In this document: in pieces, positions 26,516 through 30,335 of the stretch
Layout: each line of letters starts with the position of its first letter
Position numbering within the stretch: the stretch's first letter is position 1
Source of the DNA: Candidatus Micrarchaeia archaeon
Lineage (GTDB): Archaea; Micrarchaeota; Micrarchaeia; Anstonellales; J096
Assembly (NCBI GenBank): GCA_041500865.1
Contig: JBGQMY010000015.1
Coordinates: forward strand, 1-30,335
DNA length: 30,335 nt
Direction of reading: 5' to 3'
Translations under genes and position numbers: made by a program
The notes under the pieces: model-generated
What the model was told of the DNA's origin: nothing
The model's database searches: none
The model's input: only the letters and a program-made list of their open reading frames with translations

Positions 26516-26869
26516 CTATTGCCTTTTCATCGGCCTGAAGTAACGCGACGCCCTTTCAAGATTCTGCGCCGCTGCGGCGTTTCCGCCTATCCTTTCCCTT
26601 TTGGCGGCCTTTGCTGCAATGTCGGCTATATCCCTTGGGCCGAGGCCATTTTCCAGGGCCATTTTTTCTACGGTCGCTGGGTTGAAGAACGTGCATCCGC
26701 AGTTGCTCAACATTTCAATTATCTGGGCCCTTGCGGTACTGAGGCCCATTGCATTCTTGAACCTGCCTAGCATATGCGCTGCAAACGTTAGGCGCTTCAT
26801 CCTGCCCATTGGTTCCGGCTTTCTGCGCCTGAAAGCGGTTTGGGTTTCTTGCATACTTAATGCTGCCAT
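26516..26869 (-). CDS. Hypothetical basic protein
   Basis: 117-aa ORF divergent from infB, TTTAAAT box ~25 nt upstream. Alternative start MQETQ. Confidence 0.55.
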   Translation of the reverse strand: MAALSMQETQTAFRRRKPEPMGRMKRLTFAAHMLGRFKNAMGLSTARAQIIEMLSNCGCTFFNPATVEKMALENGLGPRDIADIAAKAAKRERIGGNAAAAQNLERASRYFRPMKRQ

Positions 26870-26941
26870 ATGATGCTATTTAATGACACTATTTAAATGC
26901 CTTTTGCAAATCTTTATATTGTTTCCTTTTGTAACCTTTTC

Positions 26942-28729
26942 ATGGCTCCTTCGTCCCAATTCATACGCTCGCCGATAATATCGGTGTTGGGCCACGTTGA
27001 CCATGGGAAGACGTCACTATTGGACGCAATCAGGGGGTCCAAGGTGGCCAGCAAGGAGGCAGGCCGCATAACCCAGATGGTCGGCGCCAGCTACATCTCC
27101 ATAGGCTCGATAGAGGACATCGTCTCGCCGATAAAGTCCATATTCAAGACCGAGCTGAACATACCCGGCCTGCTCTTCATAGACACGCCCGGCCACGAGG
27201 CCTTCTCCAGCCTGAGGGAAAGGGGGGGCAGCATATGCGACATGGCAATCCTCGTGATTGACATTTTGCAGGGCATACAGCCCCAGACCATAGAAAGCAT
27301 AAAGATACTGAGGGAATACAAGACGCCTTTCGTAATCGCCGCAAACAAGATAGACGCGCTGGACGGATGGAGGGACACTGGCAAGATGAGCTTTTTGGAA
27401 TCGCTGGGCCTGCAGAGGGATGGCGTCAAGGAGCTGCTGGACGACAAGGTCTATGGCCTCATAGGGGCCCTCAGCGAACAGGGCATGAACGCAGAGAGGT
27501 TCGACCGCGTCAAGGATTTCACAAAGGAGTTTGCGATAATACCGCTTTCCGCAAAGACCAAGACCGGCATAGCGGAGCTGCTTCTGCTCATTTCCGGCAT
27601 GAGCCAGAAATACCTTGGGCCCTCGCTTTACGTGTCTGCGGACGAGCCTGTCAAGGGAACTGTCATAGAAGTCAAGGAGCTGAAAGGACTTGGGACGACT
27701 GCCGACGTCATAGTCTACAACGGCGTGCTACGCAAAGGCGACGAAATGCTGTTCATAGGCCAGGACGGCGTCATAAAGGCCAAGATACGGGGGCTGCTGA
27801 TGCCAAACGTTTCGTCAAACAACCCCAATGAAAAATATATCTATGTTGACAGCGTGGTCGCTGCTGCCGGAGTCAAGCTTTTCGCGCCTGGCCTTGAAAA
27901 CGTGATTCCCGGCTCGCCCTGCGGGGCCGTTGGGGGCATGGACGAGCAGGAGCTTGCCAACCAGAGGAAGAGCATCATATTCGAGAAGGGCAACAGCGAG
28001 GGCCTTTTCGTAAAGACGGACTCTTTGGGAAGCGCAGAGGCGCTGATAAAGCTTTTGCAGGGAAAATCCATCCCAATCTCAAAGGTTGGCGTCGGCCCGG
28101 TATCGCGCGAGGACATCATGTTCGCAAAGACGATGGGAACGAAGAACAAGTTCTTTGGCGCCATACTTGCGTTCAACGTCAAAATCGGAAAGGACATACT
28201 GGAAATATCGGAGAACGAATCGGTCAAGATAATCGCCAATGACATAATATACAGGGTAATAGAGGAATACGAGCTGTGGAAGAAGGACGAAGAGATCCGC
28301 ATAAGGAACAGCCTGAAAAACGAGGTCGCGTTCCCTGCAAAGATGCGCGTGCTGGGCGACTGCTTTTTCAGGGCGTCGGACCCTGCCGTGTGCGGAGTTG
28401 AGATATTGGGCGGGGTGCTCAAGCCGGGCGCCCAGCTCATGGACCAGCAATGCAAGATCATTGGGGAGCTGAAAAGCATCCAGGACAAGAACATTTCCAT
28501 ACCAGAGGCGCTGAAAGGCATGAAAATCGCGATAAGCGTTTCAGGCGCGGTCCTGAAAAAGGACATCATAGGCGGAATGACGCTTTATACGCACCTCAAC
28601 AGGCACGATGTTGCATTATGGAAGGAAAACCACCTGTTGCTTAACGAGGAGGAAAAGGCCCTGCTCAAGGAAATCGACAAAATGATACTTATGAACATGA
28701 TACTGGAAAAGTCCGGCAAGGGCGTCTGA
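26942..28729 (+). CDS. infB: Translation initiation factor IF-2 / aIF5B
   Basis: RSPIISVLGHVDHGKTSLLD, ITQMVGA, FIDTPGHEAF, NKID, GSAEAL. Start ATG 26942 ~24 nt after CTTTATAT. Confidence 0.96.
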   Translation: MAPSSQFIRSPIISVLGHVDHGKTSLLDAIRGSKVASKEAGRITQMVGASYISIGSIEDIVSPIKSIFKTELNIPGLLFIDTPGHEAFSSLRERGGSICDMAILVIDILQGIQPQTIESIKILREYKTPFVIAANKIDALDGWRDTGKMSFLESLGLQRDGVKELLDDKVYGLIGALSEQGMNAERFDRVKDFTKEFAIIPLSAKTKTGIAELLLLISGMSQKYLGPSLYVSADEPVKGTVIEVKELKGLGTTADVIVYNGVLRKGDEMLFIGQDGVIKAKIRGLLMPNVSSNNPNEKYIYVDSVVAAAGVKLFAPGLENVIPGSPCGAVGGMDEQELANQRKSIIFEKGNSEGLFVKTDSLGSAEALIKLLQGKSIPISKVGVGPVSREDIMFAKTMGTKNKFFGAILAFNVKIGKDILEISENESVKIIANDIIYRVIEEYELWKKDEEIRIRNSLKNEVAFPAKMRVLGDCFFRASDPAVCGVEILGGVLKPGAQLMDQQCKIIGELKSIQDKNISIPEALKGMKIAISVSGAVLKKDIIGGMTLYTHLNRHDVALWKENHLLLNEEEKALLKEIDKMILMNMILEKSGKGV

Positions 28730-28730
28730 C

Positions 28731-29588
28731 ATGGCGAAAAAAATAAACTTCTGCGCAGACGCAAACAAGTTCGCCACATTTGAAAACTCGCCGTTCTGCA
28801 TCATCCCTTTCGGGTATGAGAAAACCACGTCGTACATGAAGGGCACGAAAAACGGGCCCAAAGCGCTCCTTGAGGCGTCCGAAAGGCTCGAGCCTTTTGA
28901 CGAGCAGTTCAGGATAAATGCGGCTGAGAAGGGCGTGTTCTCCTTCGGCATCAACCACGACAAGGGCGTTGCCCTGGCCAATGTTGACAAGGCGCTTGCG
29001 GGCGGCAAGTTTCCCATCATTCTTGGCGGCGAGCACACCATAACGCCAATGGCCTTTGAGCGTTTTTCAAAAAAATACGGAAAGCTCAACTACCTTGTCT
29101 TTGACGCCCATGCGGACCTGAAGGACGAGTACATGGGCAGCAAATGGAGCCATGCATGCGCGACAAGGCGCGTTTACGATTGCACTAAGAACATAGCGCT
29201 TGTCGGGATAAGGAGCATAAACAAGGAGGAGTCCCGCTTCATGGATGACAACCACATCCCTGTCTATTACCCTTACAGGCGCGACATGATGGCAGCGCTT
29301 GACGTCGTGTCAAGCCTTGACCCGTCCCTGCCTTTGTACATTTCGTTTGATTTGGACGGCCTTGACCCGTCAGTCATGCCCGGCGTGGGAACGCCAGAGC
29401 CAGGCGGCCTTTCGTGGTACGAGGCCATTTCGCTCCTGGATGCCGCATTCAAGACGTACAACGTGGTCGGATTTGACTGCGTTGAGCTTATGCCGCTGAA
29501 AGGCAGCATCGTCTCGGACTTCATAGCCGCAAAGCTGGTCTACAAGGCGATGGCGCTGAAGCTGAAATACGGAGGTATTAAATCATGA
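28731..29588 (+). CDS. speB: Agmatinase (ureohydrolase family)
   Basis: GGEHTIT, DAHADL, SHAC, SFDLDGLDP, GVGTPEPGG motifs. Confidence 0.9.
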   Translation: MAKKINFCADANKFATFENSPFCIIPFGYEKTTSYMKGTKNGPKALLEASERLEPFDEQFRINAAEKGVFSFGINHDKGVALANVDKALAGGKFPIILGGEHTITPMAFERFSKKYGKLNYLVFDAHADLKDEYMGSKWSHACATRRVYDCTKNIALVGIRSINKEESRFMDDNHIPVYYPYRRDMMAALDVVSSLDPSLPLYISFDLDGLDPSVMPGVGTPEPGGLSWYEAISLLDAAFKTYNVVGFDCVELMPLKGSIVSDFIAAKLVYKAMALKLKYGGIKS

Positions 29589-29896
29589 AACTCTGGAAAA
29601 AGGTCAATGGAAAAGAGTGGGAATTAACTTATGAGGAAATCGCAGATCGTTTTATCAAAAGTGAATATAACGCATCTTATTTATTAGACAGAGAGGCTGC
29701 TCTTGCGCTGTTTATAGAATCAAAGGATGGACTAAACTCAGTTTGGACTAAATCAATATTAGATAAAGTAATATGGTTATTACGTAGCATTCATATATTA
29801 GGATTAATCGGAGTATTACTAATGTTAATTTTCCCAAATCCATTAAGACCAGTTATGGATGTTCTCAAAAAACGTATTAAAGAACTAAAAAGATAG
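29585..29896 (+). CDS. Hypothetical protein with one C-terminal hydrophobic segment, AT-rich
   Basis: GGAGGT RBS, ATGA overlap with the speB stop, A/T-ending codons unlike the host genes. Confidence 0.6.
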   Translation: MKLWKKVNGKEWELTYEEIADRFIKSEYNASYLLDREAALALFIESKDGLNSVWTKSILDKVIWLLRSIHILGLIGVLLMLIFPNPLRPVMDVLKKRIKELKR

Positions 29897-29934
29897 TTTA
29901 CTCGACAAAAAAGAATATAATAAACCTGATATCT

Positions 29935-30335
29935 CTATTTTAAAAATTCGTATAAATCTTCTAAACTTGAACCAAGCTTTGTATCATATAGAGCATCTAA
30001 TTTTCTATCTTTAGCTATTGAAATGAACATTTTTTCTCCGATCACTATATCACAGTAAGGTATTGCTATTGAAAATGCTGCAATATCATATATATCATTT
30101 TTATTTATAGATCTATCCCCAAGCCTATCGCGTTCATCTGTCAAACAAAATGTAGTATACATTGTTGGGATACTTTTTAGTAGTAATTCAAAATCTTCTT
30201 TTTTTGTCCAATCTTTTGTGATCTCTCTTGCATTTTCTGCGCTTAAACCTAAATCTTTACATATTTTTAATATTTTATCCATTACCCCCATTATACATTT
30301 TGCCTTTGTATATCTTTTTCTTCTATCTGGATCCT
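29935..30335 (-). CDS. Partial (5' end outside window) AT-rich protein with PIN-like C-terminal motif
   Basis: The frame stays open upstream of the track ATG to the window edge (DPDRRKRYTKAKCIM...). Motif NDIYD..AFSIAIPYCDIVIGEKMF. Confidence 0.6.
   Translation of the reverse strand, partial: DPDRRKRYTKAKCIMGVMDKILKICKDLGLSAENAREITKDWTKKEDFELLLKSIPTMYTTFCLTDERDRLGDRSINKNDIYDIAAFSIAIPYCDIVIGEKMFISIAKDRKLDALYDTKLGSSLEDLYEFLK

Noticed and set aside
321..29524. Numerous antisense or alternate-frame ORFs overlapping well-supported genes (e.g. 1179-1835, 7233-7979, 13957-14619, 18966-19922, 27841-28569)
   Set aside because: Shadow ORFs expected from codon bias in moderately GC-rich coding DNA, with no recognisable motifs.
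26942..29588. infB-speB adjacency as a special functional system
   Set aside because: Both are ordinary housekeeping genes, and adjacency alone in a compact genome is weak evidence.

Overview
Archaeal chromosomal segment. The gene set (gatE, PolD DP1/DP2, TFB, aIF5B, UPF0147, AglH-type transferase), TATA boxes ~24 nt upstream of many ATGs and GGTG-type RBSs indicate an archaeon, and a DPANN/Micrarchaeota-like organism is my inference. Housekeeping genes (gatE, thyX, polB/polC with a LAGLIDADG intein, tfb, infB, speB, glycosylation-related genes) are interleaved with accessory genes. The accessory genes include four paralogous ankyrin proteins (three end in a shared F-x3-F-x-E-C motif), a partial VirB2/TrbC-pilin-like gene missed by the ORF track, and a ~1115-aa lipoprotein with a catalytically degenerate M23 domain plus ~20 Cys-rich repeats. 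There is also a degenerate KaiC/RAD55-like gene paired with a roadblock-like gene, a dispersed palindromic intergenic element, and an AT-rich island at the right edge. I recognised no rRNA, tRNA, CRISPR array or transposase. All family calls come from motif recognition by eye, not from database searches.
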